Shown: one piece after another, positions 30,490 to 41,675 of the stretch
Numbering within the stretch: position 1 is the first letter of the stretch
Layout of the letters: each line of letters begins with the position of its first letter
IMG/VR virus record: IMGVR_UViG_2706796241_000001
Length of the DNA stretch: 64,000 nt
Direction: 5' to 3' (one strand)
Source of the DNA: a virus
Taxonomy: Duplodnaviria > Heunggongvirae > Uroviricota > Caudoviricetes > Herelleviridae
Program-made: the position numbers and the translations under genes
The notes under the pieces: generated by a model
What the model was told of the DNA's origin: nothing
Database searches by the model: none
The model's input: the letters and a program-made list of their open reading frames with translations, nothing else

Positions 30490-33400
30490 TTATTTAGGAA
30501 TAGGAATATCAACAATTTCAAATTGTTCATCTTCATATATTTTTCTTCTCTGCTCTGAATGTTTTTTCAAATGTTTGTTTGTTAAATCATAAAAATCGAA
30601 TACCTCTACTTTGTTTTCTCCTGTTTTTTCTTACGTAAACCCCGACCAACACGTTGCAGTGTCTGTCTTAAGGACTTACCTCCTGCACCAAGAATTAATG
30701 TGTCAATCCCTGAAATGTCGACACCTTCATCTATAATCGTAGAAGAAATCATTACTTTAAGTGCTCCATCACGCATGTCCTGAATTTTTTCATCCCTTAA
30801 ATCATTTTCAAGTTGTCCATTGATAAAGTAGTGAGCTACTCCCTCTTCTTTTAGTAAGTTACTAATAGCCTCTCCGTGCTCTATACGATTAATTATAATT
30901 AAAATCCCATTACCTTTATCATACATCTTCTTAGTCAACTTTGCAATAAGAGAATTTCTATATTCATTGTCTACTATACCTTTTTGATAGGCATCCATAT
31001 ACGTAGTGGTTTGAATATCTACAGGAGCTATAATAGGGAATATTGTTATTTTAGGTTTGGCTGAGTGACCTAACTCAATGAGTGTGTTGTTAGACACCTT
31101 AGTCGTAATCTCCCCGAATATAGCTTGAAGTCTTTGCCAAAGCACATGATTTGTACGGTCAATCGAACCAGTAAGTGCCATTCTATACTGAGCGTTATTA
31201 CAAGATGTTAGCACTTTATACCAAGTATCTGAACTTGTATGGTGAGCCTCATCCACAATCATTACAGATATGGAATCTAAAAACTCCATAGCCTCATTGT
31301 ACTTCTTAAGAACTTTACCATTTTTCTTTTCAACAATCTTTTGGTATTCTGCTTGATACCCTTTCATTTTCATAATAACCTGCTTGTTCGTACCACATGA
31401 ATAAAAAATTTCTTCTAGTTCATGTTTCAACTGCAAGTCTGCTTTTGTCTTAACTTGAAAATTATTTAGGTATCCTTCAAGCAAACTCCTTTGGTTAAAC
31501 CCTCTTTCAAATTTTGGAGCTATATCCTTAGCAATTTTCTTGTACATTCTTTCTTTAGCAGTCAGCTTAAGCTTAGCCTCTGGGTCTGCAGATATTGCAG
31601 ATACAATCGTAGGTATCATTACAAAAGTAACTTGCTGAATGTCCTTCTTACCTGCACCAAAAGCACCTACTTTTATTCCAAGTCTTTTCTCAATACGGTC
31701 AATTGACTGTGAAAAAATAGAAGAACTATTCGTAAAAAATGCAATACGTTCTCCTGACTCTAAGTAAGGGGTTATTTGTTGTATAAGTCCTGATGCTATT
31801 TCAGTGTTATGGTTTATCATACCATTTGCAATAAAACTATGTGTTTCGGGCATGTGTAAATCATAAGTTGGTTCATATCCCATATCTTCAATACTTGTTA
31901 CTTGTGAATAGACATATCTACCATCAGTTAATCTTGTCAGGTTAGCAAAATCTGTCGGGTTTCCATTAGGGAACTCATGAATTAAATTTTTAAGCCGATG
32001 TAAGCTAATTGTTCTTGGTACTTTGAATGCCTTACTAAGTCCTTTAGTGTCCCCTAGGTAGTTATCGCAGTATCGTTTAACTAACTCCTTACCAAAAGGT
32101 ACAGGTTGTCCTTGGTGGTTACTATTACGGGACTCTGCTGTTTTAATAAATAAGGCTCTTCTTTCGTTCCGTTGTGCTGTTTTAAATGTTAATTGTTTTA
32201 GTAGGTAAACTGAGTCAGTCACTCCGATAGTTAATCTACCATACCAATTAGCCTCGTACCCTTTAACTACCTTCTTAGCTAATCTTGAGGAAACTCCCAT
32301 GTTTCCTAATAAGAGTTGTAATTGGTGAAGTAACTTCTCGGAGGCAGAAATTACCTCTATTGAACATTTAGGTACCTCCATACTCATTTCACACTCTAAA
32401 TACCCACTTATATAAGCTAACTGTACTTCCTTCGGTGCTTCCATGATACACTCTGGGATTGACTTATCCTTGGCTAATCCTTGTGATAAGCCATATTTAT
32501 TATAAAGTTCTCTAGCTCCTGCGGTACCCCTAACTATCTTACTATCTTTAGAGTCTTTGTTAGGGTCTACCTTAGTGGACAGCCCTTCTTTAGTAAAGAA
32601 ATCTTGAATGTCCGCTAGTATCTCCGGTTGGTTATTGGTTAATGTAATCTGGGTTGGTTGCCCACAATAGCCGTCTGCTGTTAATAAACCTAAGCTATAT
32701 GCGCTCTCCACGGTACATGTAGTATTCGTTCCAAATAAATTATCACCTTTACGTCCAACAATCCAATCACCTACATTCAAGTCTTTAGCTTCTACCCATT
32801 TAAAGCTACCAGATTCTGATACAGTTAGTAATGGATGGTTGTCAGTAATTGTTTCAGTCCATCCATGCTCAGTTGTTACCTTGTTTACATGTCTAACTCC
32901 ATTAATAGTTAAATGACTAGGCGTTTCTGGTTCTCCCTTTTCATTCACTAATGTAACCCCAAATGTGTTAGGGATAGTTGCCTCTGATTGTGTTAAATCA
33001 ATGTTGTGTTCCTTGAACAGTTGTTCAAATGTTTTGTACCCTTTATCGTAAGTCAGTAGGTTCGTAGATGCTACTACGCATTTACCCCCACCAGTACTAA
33101 CGTTTACAATACCTATTCTGTTCTTAATAACTTGCTCCACAGATTCATATTGATAGTCTCTTAATGTTATCTTGTCATTGTTATCCCCATTAAGCACTAT
33201 CTCCTTATCCATGTCCTCTACTGACATGAACTCATCAGGTCTATCATCAATTATCTCAAACTGAAAAATGTAACCTGACTTTGATAAAGTTGATTGAAGG
33301 TTCCCTAGTATTGTTTCTACATGAGGTAGTAACCCTGTGGGGAACGTATCATTTTCTTTATCAAAAAAATCAATAATACCATCCCAGTAACCCGCTTTAT

Positions 33401-33536
33401 ATGCAGGACTGAATTGGTATCCATCTGCTTTAACACCTAATTCTGAATGCATTACCTTATGGATTTCTGGTCTAAGATAATTTTCCGAATCTTCATACCT
33501 TATCTGAGTATGCATAATATCTACTACTAGTCTCAT
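30490..33536 (-). CDS. SF2 (UvsW-like) helicase containing an intein; apparent frameshift at 30624-30629
   Basis: LRDYQ, STGGGK|T, VDEAHH, LTGS, DEGVDI, QRVGRGLR; restored C-terminus ends at 30490. Confidence 0.9.
31806..33080 (-). mobile_element. intein with LAGLIDADG homing endonuclease (425 aa)
   Basis: Begins CVVASTNLL, block B TDNHPL, LGLLTADG, ends HSFIANGMINHN followed by Thr; inserted between K and T of Walker A. Confidence 0.93.
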
Positions 33537-33613
33537 TTATTAATAAATCTCCTTTAAGTTAGATTAGTATACATGCTCCTTGACATACCCACCTTAGTAT
33601 AATCGATATATTC

Positions 33614-33641
33614 ATTATATCACATAGTAGGTAATTGTCAA
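33614..33641 (-). promoter_or_regulatory. sigmaA-type promoter of the replication operon
   Basis: TTGACA-16 nt-TATAAT with extended -10 TG. Confidence 0.65.
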
Positions 33642-33659
33642 GGTGTATACAGAGTTGAT

Positions 33660-33782
33660 TTGTCCTATTTTATATTTTTCGTAGTCTTATTATATATTAT
33701 TTATATATTATATATTTTATATATAGTTATTTAAATATATTAGTTAATAATATAAGGGAACCAGAAATCCTAAATAGGACAA
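33660..33782. other. AT-rich tract flanked by 11-bp inverted repeats (candidate origin)
   Basis: TTGTCCTATTT (33660-33670) and AAATAGGACAA (33772-33782) around a nearly pure A/T core. Confidence 0.45.
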
Positions 33783-33790
33783 TTTAGAAA

Positions 33791-33997
33791 CTATTTTGAT
33801 AATTCATCTTTCAGTTGTTTAATGTCTGCTAGCTCTTTTGACAACTCATCTTTGATAGCTTTAACATTAGCTAGTTCTTTCTCTAGCTCTGTTCTCTCTT
33901 GTTTTATAGATTCCATAGCATTTTTATGCTCTTGTTCAGCTATAGTTGGTTTAAATATAAGCGCACCTGAGCTTGTTTGTCTGTGTGTTTCTGGCAA
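33791..33997 (-). CDS. small coiled-coil protein
   Basis: TTG start at 33997 after AGGAGGA (ORF track starts at 34015); heptad pattern. Confidence 0.7.
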   Translation of the reverse strand: MPETHRQTSSGALIFKPTIAEQEHKNAMESIKQERTELEKELANVKAIKDELSKELADIKQLKDELSK

Positions 33998-34013
33998 TTT
34001 TATTCCTCCTAAC

Positions 34014-34059
34014 AAAAAAAATAGACTCTATATGTCTATTATAACATATAGAGTCTATT
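34014..34059 (-). terminator. long-stem terminator with TGTTATAATA promoter-like motif at the apex
   Basis: AATAGACTCTATATGT/ACATATAGAGTCTATT inverted repeat plus T-run. Confidence 0.7.
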
Positions 34060-34074
34060 ATACTTATTCTGTTG

Positions 34075-35037
34075 CTATTTGTTACGTATACCAGTTAAGG
34101 CTTCTTCATCAGTCCAACCTTTATAGTGTCTGCTACGTACAGTTACGTAATTCAATCCCAGTTCTTTACACCATTGTTTGACAGGCTTAGTTTCTCCCTT
34201 GTAACTCATAGTCAAAACTGACGTATTCACTTTTGGGTCTAGTGCTTCTTCAAGAGTGGCTCCGGAGTTCAGCCTAGATTTTATAGTCATCTTGTTTATA
34301 CCTGTTAGTTCTCCCAGTTCAGCTAAGGTGTACTCTGAACCCTTCCAGTTGTAAGTAATGGTATTTCGTCTATTTCGAATCTGGGTTTTAGCATCTACCC
34401 ATCGACAATTGTCTGGTGAATAGCCTTTGTCATTGTCAATTCTATCAATAGACAAGTCATCGGAAAATCCGTTAGCTATAGACCAATCATGGAAAGTTTC
34501 AAAGTCTTCACGCCATTCGGGACATATATCTATACCCCTTCCACCGTAATCTTTGTAACTCGCATGGTTCTTGTTGTAACACCGTTGTTTCATAGCATCC
34601 CATGCCCGGAATAATTTTGTGTGTTTTCCATTCACTTTAGACAATCCGTGCTTAGTGGCTACTTTTTTAAGCACATCCGTAGAGTAACACCCGCAACTCT
34701 TTGTGCGACCACCTGTTAACTCTGAACCCCTGACGAGGCTTGTCTTCCCACAGGAGCATTTACATTCCCATATGATACTACCATTGGTTGCTCGTTCACC
34801 CGAATCTTTAATGACAGTCAACCTACCAAAAGTTTTGCCCACTAAGGACTTCTCACTCGCACACTGTCTGCACATCACAGATGAACCTGTAGTAAGAGTA
34901 CCGCTCGGAATAGATTGAACTGTTCTTCCACAAGAGCACTCACAAATCCAATATGCTCTACCTTTCTTAGAAGTATCTCGCTCTTTTACGTACCATTTAC
35001 CAAATGTAGTACCTGCTAATTGTAATGCTTTACCCAT
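34075..35037 (-). CDS. free-standing HNH-like endonuclease with two N-terminal Cys-rich repeats
   Basis: W.C.CSCG repeats, YGGRGI, SIDRIDNDKGYSPDNCRW, C-terminal DNA-binding repeats. Confidence 0.8.
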   Translation of the reverse strand: MGKALQLAGTTFGKWYVKERDTSKKGRAYWICECSCGRTVQSIPSGTLTTGSSVMCRQCASEKSLVGKTFGRLTVIKDSGERATNGSIIWECKCSCGKTSLVRGSELTGGRTKSCGCYSTDVLKKVATKHGLSKVNGKHTKLFRAWDAMKQRCYNKNHASYKDYGGRGIDICPEWREDFETFHDWSIANGFSDDLSIDRIDNDKGYSPDNCRWVDAKTQIRNRRNTITYNWKGSEYTLAELGELTGINKMTIKSRLNSGATLEEALDPKVNTSVLTMSYKGETKPVKQWCKELGLNYVTVRSRHYKGWTDEEALTGIRNK

Positions 35038-35044
35038 TAAAAAA

Positions 35045-35087
35045 CCTCCTACTATTTTGTATACAGTAAGTATACCACAGTAGGAGG
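35045..35087 (-). promoter_or_regulatory. RBS-sequestering hairpin containing an extended -10 promoter
   Basis: CCTCCTACT/AGTAGGAGG arms; TGTGGTATACT at 35069-35079. Confidence 0.65.
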
Positions 35088-35117
35088 CATAGAAATGTTA
35101 CATTACAGTTACATCTT

Positions 35118-38100
35118 CTATTTGTCGGTCATATTAGTGAGTAAGCGTCTTACGCGCGGGCGAAGGAAGGAGTTTTGGGTCGTCATATCAAGACGGAATT
35201 TAATGGACTTAAATGTCCCACCCGTATTAATCTTTTCAACATAGTCTACACGAACAAAGTCTTGTGTACGTTGTGTTGTTGTAGGCTGTACTGTAAATGT
35301 CTTCCATGTTTTACCTTCGTCTGTACTATATTTAGCAGTCACAACAGTTCCGGCAGGTGTAAATTGTTCATATGACATTTTAACCGTGTTGTATGGAGCC
35401 TCTGTTAAATCTATTGTACGAGATACATAGCTACCTTTCAATGCTGTTAAAAATCCTGCGAACATAATGTCGTCCAAGGATAGCATTGGTGAGATGTATT
35501 GGTTAGCTTTAAATGTTGCTCTAAGCTTAGCCTCACGAGCTAACTGGTTAACATCTAAGTCTACGTAGTTAGCAATAGGTAACCAAGGTTTGTCATCTAC
35601 TGTTGTGCCTGCAGGCTCATTATCAAGGACTAATTTCATATCCCATCTACAACCAGTGTTTGCGGGTGTTAGGTAGGTAGACATTAACACTATGCGGTCT
35701 ACATTAACGTTCTTCATAACATCGAACTCAAGTACAGCTTCTTCGTTAAATTTAGCCGTGTATACAGTGAACTTCAAATCAGACAGTTGGTGAATAGACC
35801 ATGCACTTGCGTTAGATGAACTATATAGGACACCTTCCAAGTAAGGGTTTGATGTTACTGTTTGTGTTGGTTCGTCTACTCTATTTTGACCCATAGTTGC
35901 AATCCACATTGTGTATTTATCAGAGTCAGTAATGAATACTAAACAGTATTCTTGACCTGCTTTACACATTAGTGGGTCATCAAAGCTGATTTTCGTAGGA
36001 ACACTTGCATCATCTGATACTTTGATTTCAGAAGGTTTTAACACTCTTTCAGCATACACAGTTTTATTAGGTTGTCCACCTTCTGATATTCCACGTACTT
36101 GACAAATAATATTTGTACTGTTATCCTTAGATGCAAAGAATACGTCAAAACTTGTTGCAACTCTGTTAGTGTTAAAACTGAATGATTGTGCCAAAGGGTC
36201 AACCAAGTTAATAGTAACATGGGTTTTTATGATAATATCCTCAGTTGTTTTTAACGTACCTTGCGCAGTGAACGTAGTACTTGCTAAGTTTGTATCGTTT
36301 CTAACAGATACTTCACGAGTACCACAACGAACTCCTGCAGGTATTTTAAATACCCCTTTAAATGTTCCGTCTGCATTTGCCATACCAGTACCTTCTGTGG
36401 CACCTTTACGGTAACCAGAAGATGGGGTAACAGGTACTCTCAAGCCATCGAATGTTACGTATAAGTTGTTAGCATTAGGTTGCAAGTTCTCTGCGTAAAC
36501 CTCAACATCAATTTGTCTCATAAACTCAATCATTGATTCTTTGGTTTGCTGACCACCACTGGTTAAAGTAGAACCGGATAACCCTTGTTTACGTTGGTCT
36601 TCTGTGCCAGAGGCACCTCCCCACGATTGTCCGGGGTCAAGCGTGATGTTAGATACCATGTTCATCTCATCGTTTGTCCAAGATGCTCCACCATGTCTCC
36701 ACCATTGACGAACAGTCATAGTAGATGTTTCTTCTTTGGTAACTGTGATACGCTCATCTTCAATCCAGTTATCTGCAGAAGGGTTTAGTTTTAAGGCACC
36801 CTGTTTGTTAAAGGTGTTGTATGGGTTAACGTTCATTGCTTCCGTAGCAAATGGTTGTCTAATACCTACTTCTTCGGTAAACGGTGCTGTTACTAGTCTA
36901 CCCCACACATGTGCTTCACTAGAACCTTCGATAATTGTTGGGACTGTTTTATTAATTTCTGCATAAGGTAATGTTATTTCTGCTGTGTCAAAGTCAAAAG
37001 CAATTGTGGCATCTGGGTGACTAACGTCATATTTATCTAGTGAGATAAACGCATCCGAGAATACTCCACGTAGATAGATAGGGTTTTCTCCTGCCATTGC
37101 CGGTTGGTCTAAGTAGAACACTGCTTGGTTATACTCCATGTTTTCCACACGAACAGATAACTTCTGTAGCTCTTCCATTGTTAGACGTGTGATTGTCCAT
37201 TGTTTAGCATCAGCAGTATTTGAGTCTGGGTAAACTACTACTGTACCAATAGCTAAAACTAATGGGTCTACATGGTTAGGTGCCTCTACTAGTCTTAAAG
37301 CGTTAGGTTGTCCTTTATGGACAGTGAAATTCCCGTTATGGTCTAATACAATTAGGTCTTTACGAGCTAAGAAGTATTTATAGTCTACGTTAACAAGTGA
37401 TTCATCGACTGGTTTAGAACCTGTCATCTCGTTAAAGTCGATATACCATTCCCTAGCATCACCTTCACCAGTAATTACAACTTTGTAATCTGTATTTTCA
37501 ATCATTGTTTTATTATAAACATATTGAACGAAGTAGGTTCCCCCTGCAGGAGGCTCTTGCCCTGTAGGTGCCCAAGATATTGCTTGACCATTTACTAATT
37601 GGAAGTCTTCACCTTGCTTGTACTCCTGTGCTCCTGAACCCTCAGTCCATACACGGATAACTTTTGTTACAGAGGTGTTTTTAAGGTAATCGGTACCTCC
37701 ACCTACGACCCCACGAGAAACCTGTTCTTTAGCAACTTCAACTTGTGCAGTTACACGGTCTACAGAAGATACTGGGGAATTACCTAATTTATTTTTACGA
37801 GTTGCATTGCTATAGTAGAAACCTTCGTTATTGATTGTTTCTAACTCTCTTGATTTTTCAATATCAATACGAGTAGTTGTAGGTTTATCTACTTTAAAAC
37901 CTAAAACATATGCCCGACCTGAATCGACAACTAACTGAATTTTATTGTTAGGGTCTGTTGGGTGAACTTCTGTGTACATATCAAAACCACGAACACGATA
38001 TGAACCAGATTCATCATAAGTTCTTTCTGCTAGTATTTTATTAATCTTATCCATCTCAGGAGTATCTGGGTTAATGTATAACTCACCGTTAACAAAGTGG

Positions 38101-38581
38101 TAAATGTTTGATGCAGAATCATCATTAACTGCTAGTACTACATCTTCGTCTAATCGGTCAGCCCCTTCTGAGAAATGGCTAGGAACACCACTTGTTTGGT
38201 CTAACAGTGATGGGTCGTCTTCTGCTGTAATAACTTTTTGTACAAGTTTAACACCTACATACTCTGTACCCTCTCCGGTAATATCAATACTCTGTTCGTC
38301 AAAGTTACGCATTTTACCGCCTAAGAATACTTTACCTTTTTAATAGTAAGCTTCTTATCTTGTAGTACATATTCCATACCAGTCTGGATGTCACCGTCAC
38401 TAAATATGGATTCAGCCACATTGCCTAAATCTCCTTGAATAATTGACTGTAACTCGTTTAACTCGGCTTGTAGTAACGGCTTATCTGGTTTAAATAGTAA
38501 ACCTGAAAATCGTTTGCCTTGGTAATATCTATTGTTATAAGGCTCTTTACCTAAATCATCATTTGTAATATTTTTAGCCAT
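35118..38581 (-). CDS. large baseplate/adsorption-associated tail protein (DUF4815-like, about 1154 aa; apparent frameshift at 38337-38341)
   Basis: LQAELNELQS, RTYDESGSY, DPLAQSF motifs; adding one A joins ORFs 38321-38581 and 35118-38312. Confidence 0.85.
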
Positions 38582-38595
38582 CTATGTCACCCTTC

Positions 38596-39141
38596 CTATT
38601 GTTTAACTGACTTCTTATTTTCCATTGTAATAATAAACTTCTCTTTTAAAATTACATCACTTGTTCTATTTTGTTGCTGTCTATTTTCAAAAAATTGCAA
38701 AATGCCTGCATCTGTTACATCTGTAGGTAACAAAGCTTTCTTTTCTGAACTTGCCTTAGACACTAAGTCAGTATGAATACCTACTTGCCTAAATGTTCCC
38801 GTTGGTAGCTCATCTCCTGTAATTTCTGCTTCTACATACACCATCCACGCTTGCTCTTTATAGCCATCCTCATCTGGAATTAGTGTAAATTTTCTTGAGC
38901 CATAGGACACCACAGGGTATTTAGAATCATCACTTGGTAGATATTCTCTACATAAAGATACTCTTGCTACCTTTTTATAACCGATAACCTCTGTTAGAGT
39001 AGTCGTAGTAGGGTCTGGTGCAGGAGGGGCATCTTCATTAGTCCAAGGAGTGGTTTTACCAATTGCTAGGTACATACTGTCTTGTTTATTTTTTAATTGG
39101 AGTGAGGCATACACTCGTGAATTGTTAGTTGCAATAGCCAC
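38596..39141 (-). CDS. baseplate/tail morphogenetic protein
   Basis: YLAIGKTTPW..E..PP and FRQVGI motifs; position in the baseplate module. Confidence 0.8.
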   Translation of the reverse strand: MAIATNNSRVYASLQLKNKQDSMYLAIGKTTPWTNEDAPPAPDPTTTTLTEVIGYKKVARVSLCREYLPSDDSKYPVVSYGSRKFTLIPDEDGYKEQAWMVYVEAEITGDELPTGTFRQVGIHTDLVSKASSEKKALLPTDVTDAGILQFFENRQQQNRTSDVILKEKFIITMENKKSVKQ

Positions 39142-39174
39142 ATTATTTACCTCTTTTCTTTATCATTCAATTGT

Positions 39175-39184
39175 TAATATAGCA
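39175..39184 (-). promoter_or_regulatory. putative late promoter
   Basis: TGCTATATTA, identical to copies at 8019 and 61838. Confidence 0.6.
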
Positions 39185-39192
39185 TGTTTATT

Positions 39193-39223
39193 AAAAAATA
39201 GGACACAACTAGGTGTCCTATTT
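39193..39223 (-). terminator. intrinsic terminator
   Basis: AAATAGGACAC/GTGTCCTATTT stem plus T-run. Confidence 0.75.
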
Positions 39224-39246
39224 ATATTATAACATATTATTTGCTA

Positions 39247-41658
39247 TTACCCTTCTATAGGAACGAGTTCCGTTAGTGATTCCACAGATGATTGTAGTCC
39301 TATACTGTACCCCTCACCTAAACGATACTTGAATAGTACATTTAGCATGTCTAGTTCAACTGTTACATCTTTATCTGTTTCGTTATCAAACACGTAACGA
39401 ACAAATAATAGCTTGTAATCATTTAGATAGTCTGTGATACGGTTTGCTACTAAGTTGAATGTACGCATACGTAAGTCTAAGCTATCCGTGTTTAACTTGT
39501 GCCATGCACTCGTAGAAAAATCGTATAGTTCAACCGAGAAACTGATTGGTGAACTTGGACTTACTAGAGCCTTAAGTGTTGTAGAGATGTTAAAGTTTTC
39601 AAACACGGTATTTAATGCTTGGTCTTCTCCTAGGTCAGTAATAAGTTTTTCAAATTCTATAGCATAATTTTCTTCGATAAATGTCTTAATATCAAACACC
39701 ATATATGCCTTTTTATTTGTTATATCCCCATTTACTGTCCATGTATACTTAGTCGGGTCTAACGTAGGTTTTTCTGTATCTTCTATCAGAGAACCTACGT
39801 AGTCGTAGGAATCAATGTTAGGAGTTCTGGTATCACCTTTTTCAATTTTTAACCAATCAATTTGACATGTGCCTAATGTTGATGATGGGTACTGAAAAAT
39901 ACGTAAATCGCTAGGATTAGTTGACGAAACATTTCTTGGTGTGAATGTTAGTGACCATACGTCTGTCAATCCCTCAACTGGATTTAGTTTTCCGTAATAA
40001 GTAGTTCCTTCCCCAATGTTATATACCATAAACGTTTGACTGGCTGGTTTTATTGCTTTTATGGTAATTGTATAAGTTTCTCCTACAACAAAAGGCTCTA
40101 CCATTCTAGCGTTATATAAGAGATAATTGCTAGATTTTATTGGAAACTCAACGGACTTATTAGCAATATTCTCACCCAAAGCCACCTTACCCAGATAATA
40201 TGGTGCATCGAGTAAATTTGGCTGGTATGGGGTGGCTGTTGAGCCTTCTTCAATCTTAATTTTTCTTAGTCTAACTTTACCGGTCGGTTTAAGAATTCGA
40301 ATGTCTCTAAATAATGGATACCATTCATTTGGTGCGTCAGAGGTGTATTTTACCGTTTGTGTTCCGATAAGCTTCTGCCATTTATTCAATTCATTTTTAG
40401 GTACTGTCGTTGTCTGCAAAACAACGTTACCACCAGGCAAGTATGCGTGTTGTAGGCGTATTCCAGACGGGTCGCCAGTGAAGCCCGTTTCTAACATGAT
40501 TTCACAACTAATAGTATACTGTTTCCCTTCTATTACCGGCGTTTGCGCTCCGGTAGCGTACTTCGATAGTTGATTTGTGCCATCTAAGGTAAACACAATC
40601 TCATCATTATCATCCGCGACTGTTGCGCCAGTACCTGAAGAAAAACTTGAAGCATTAAGTTTAGCGCTAAGGTTAGGATTCCCCGAATAATCATAGCCCC
40701 CGAAGTCAGTGCTGTTGGAGTATAACGTATGGACATTCTTTGTTGCAGGTACTTGAATAGAAGCTGTTCTTCCATCCTTTTCTTTTGTTTGATTATACAT
40801 ATCAGCACCTGATTCTCCTAGAGCTGTTTTTAAGTCACTCATAGAGTCAGTAGGTTTTGGTGTGTAATCAAGCAATGTTGTACTTGCTAAGTGAATGTAG
40901 CCTCTTCCGTGGTCAAATGCTCCTGCAAGCACATCTTCCCCGTTTAGCATAGAGTTATTTGTATGGAAGATGTTGTTCTCCACAACTTGTATACGTTGGT
41001 CAGACAGGTTAATATTACCTCGTAGGTCATAGTATAAACCGTTAAGGAACTCTAAGTCTGTCTTATTCGTCACGTCTAGGTATACATATGGGCTTTCTAC
41101 AGTTGTTTTATTCTTATTTAAGCTTGTGTCTAGCCTTAGATAGAATAGAACTCCCGCAGGTTTGAAAGCTTTAATAATCTCTACAATTTCAGGTGGAAAC
41201 GGTCTATCAATTGAAATATCGATAATTGCAAAACGGTAGTAGTGACCCATTAAATGGTCGTCACCGTTTAATTTTGACTTATTTGTGTAGAAAATGTTTC
41301 TCCAAGGTTCATATATTTGGATGACTGCATCATTGTCGTTAAGGAAATCCAATAACGCATCAATGATAGCAGGAATTGTGGCTCTTTTTAGTAAAAGTTC
41401 TCTTATAATTCTTTTTCTATAGTATTCGTCATTCCAATCATCTTTACGATATACGCCAAACCAGTCCCCCCAAGTATCTAGGTACTCACCTGTAGCTGTT
41501 TCTAATGAAGAATGAATCTTACTAGCAATGGTCTCCTGCTCTGCCTGAGTTAATTCATAGTTCAACGCATTAAGCACTGCAAAGTTAGTATCATCATACT
41601 TGTTAGGTTTCTTACCACGTCTCAACAGAGGGTGGATATTTTTATAAAAGTTACTCAC
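39247..41658 (-). CDS. baseplate wedge/tail protein with internal carbohydrate-binding-like modules
   Basis: N-terminal ATGEYLDTWGDWFGVYR and FKPAGV; central NL...KIEEGSTATPY and KIEKGDTRTP modules. Confidence 0.8.
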   Translation of the reverse strand: MSNFYKNIHPLLRRGKKPNKYDDTNFAVLNALNYELTQAEQETIASKIHSSLETATGEYLDTWGDWFGVYRKDDWNDEYYRKRIIRELLLKRATIPAIIDALLDFLNDNDAVIQIYEPWRNIFYTNKSKLNGDDHLMGHYYRFAIIDISIDRPFPPEIVEIIKAFKPAGVLFYLRLDTSLNKNKTTVESPYVYLDVTNKTDLEFLNGLYYDLRGNINLSDQRIQVVENNIFHTNNSMLNGEDVLAGAFDHGRGYIHLASTTLLDYTPKPTDSMSDLKTALGESGADMYNQTKEKDGRTASIQVPATKNVHTLYSNSTDFGGYDYSGNPNLSAKLNASSFSSGTGATVADDNDEIVFTLDGTNQLSKYATGAQTPVIEGKQYTISCEIMLETGFTGDPSGIRLQHAYLPGGNVVLQTTTVPKNELNKWQKLIGTQTVKYTSDAPNEWYPLFRDIRILKPTGKVRLRKIKIEEGSTATPYQPNLLDAPYYLGKVALGENIANKSVEFPIKSSNYLLYNARMVEPFVVGETYTITIKAIKPASQTFMVYNIGEGTTYYGKLNPVEGLTDVWSLTFTPRNVSSTNPSDLRIFQYPSSTLGTCQIDWLKIEKGDTRTPNIDSYDYVGSLIEDTEKPTLDPTKYTWTVNGDITNKKAYMVFDIKTFIEENYAIEFEKLITDLGEDQALNTVFENFNISTTLKALVSPSSPISFSVELYDFSTSAWHKLNTDSLDLRMRTFNLVANRITDYLNDYKLLFVRYVFDNETDKDVTVELDMLNVLFKYRLGEGYSIGLQSSVESLTELVPIEG

Positions 41659-41675
41659 ATTATATTCCTCCTAAT

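Noticed and set aside
33580..33603. Plus-strand promoter TTGACA...TATAAT
   Set aside because: Spacer is only 12 nt and no plus-strand gene follows.
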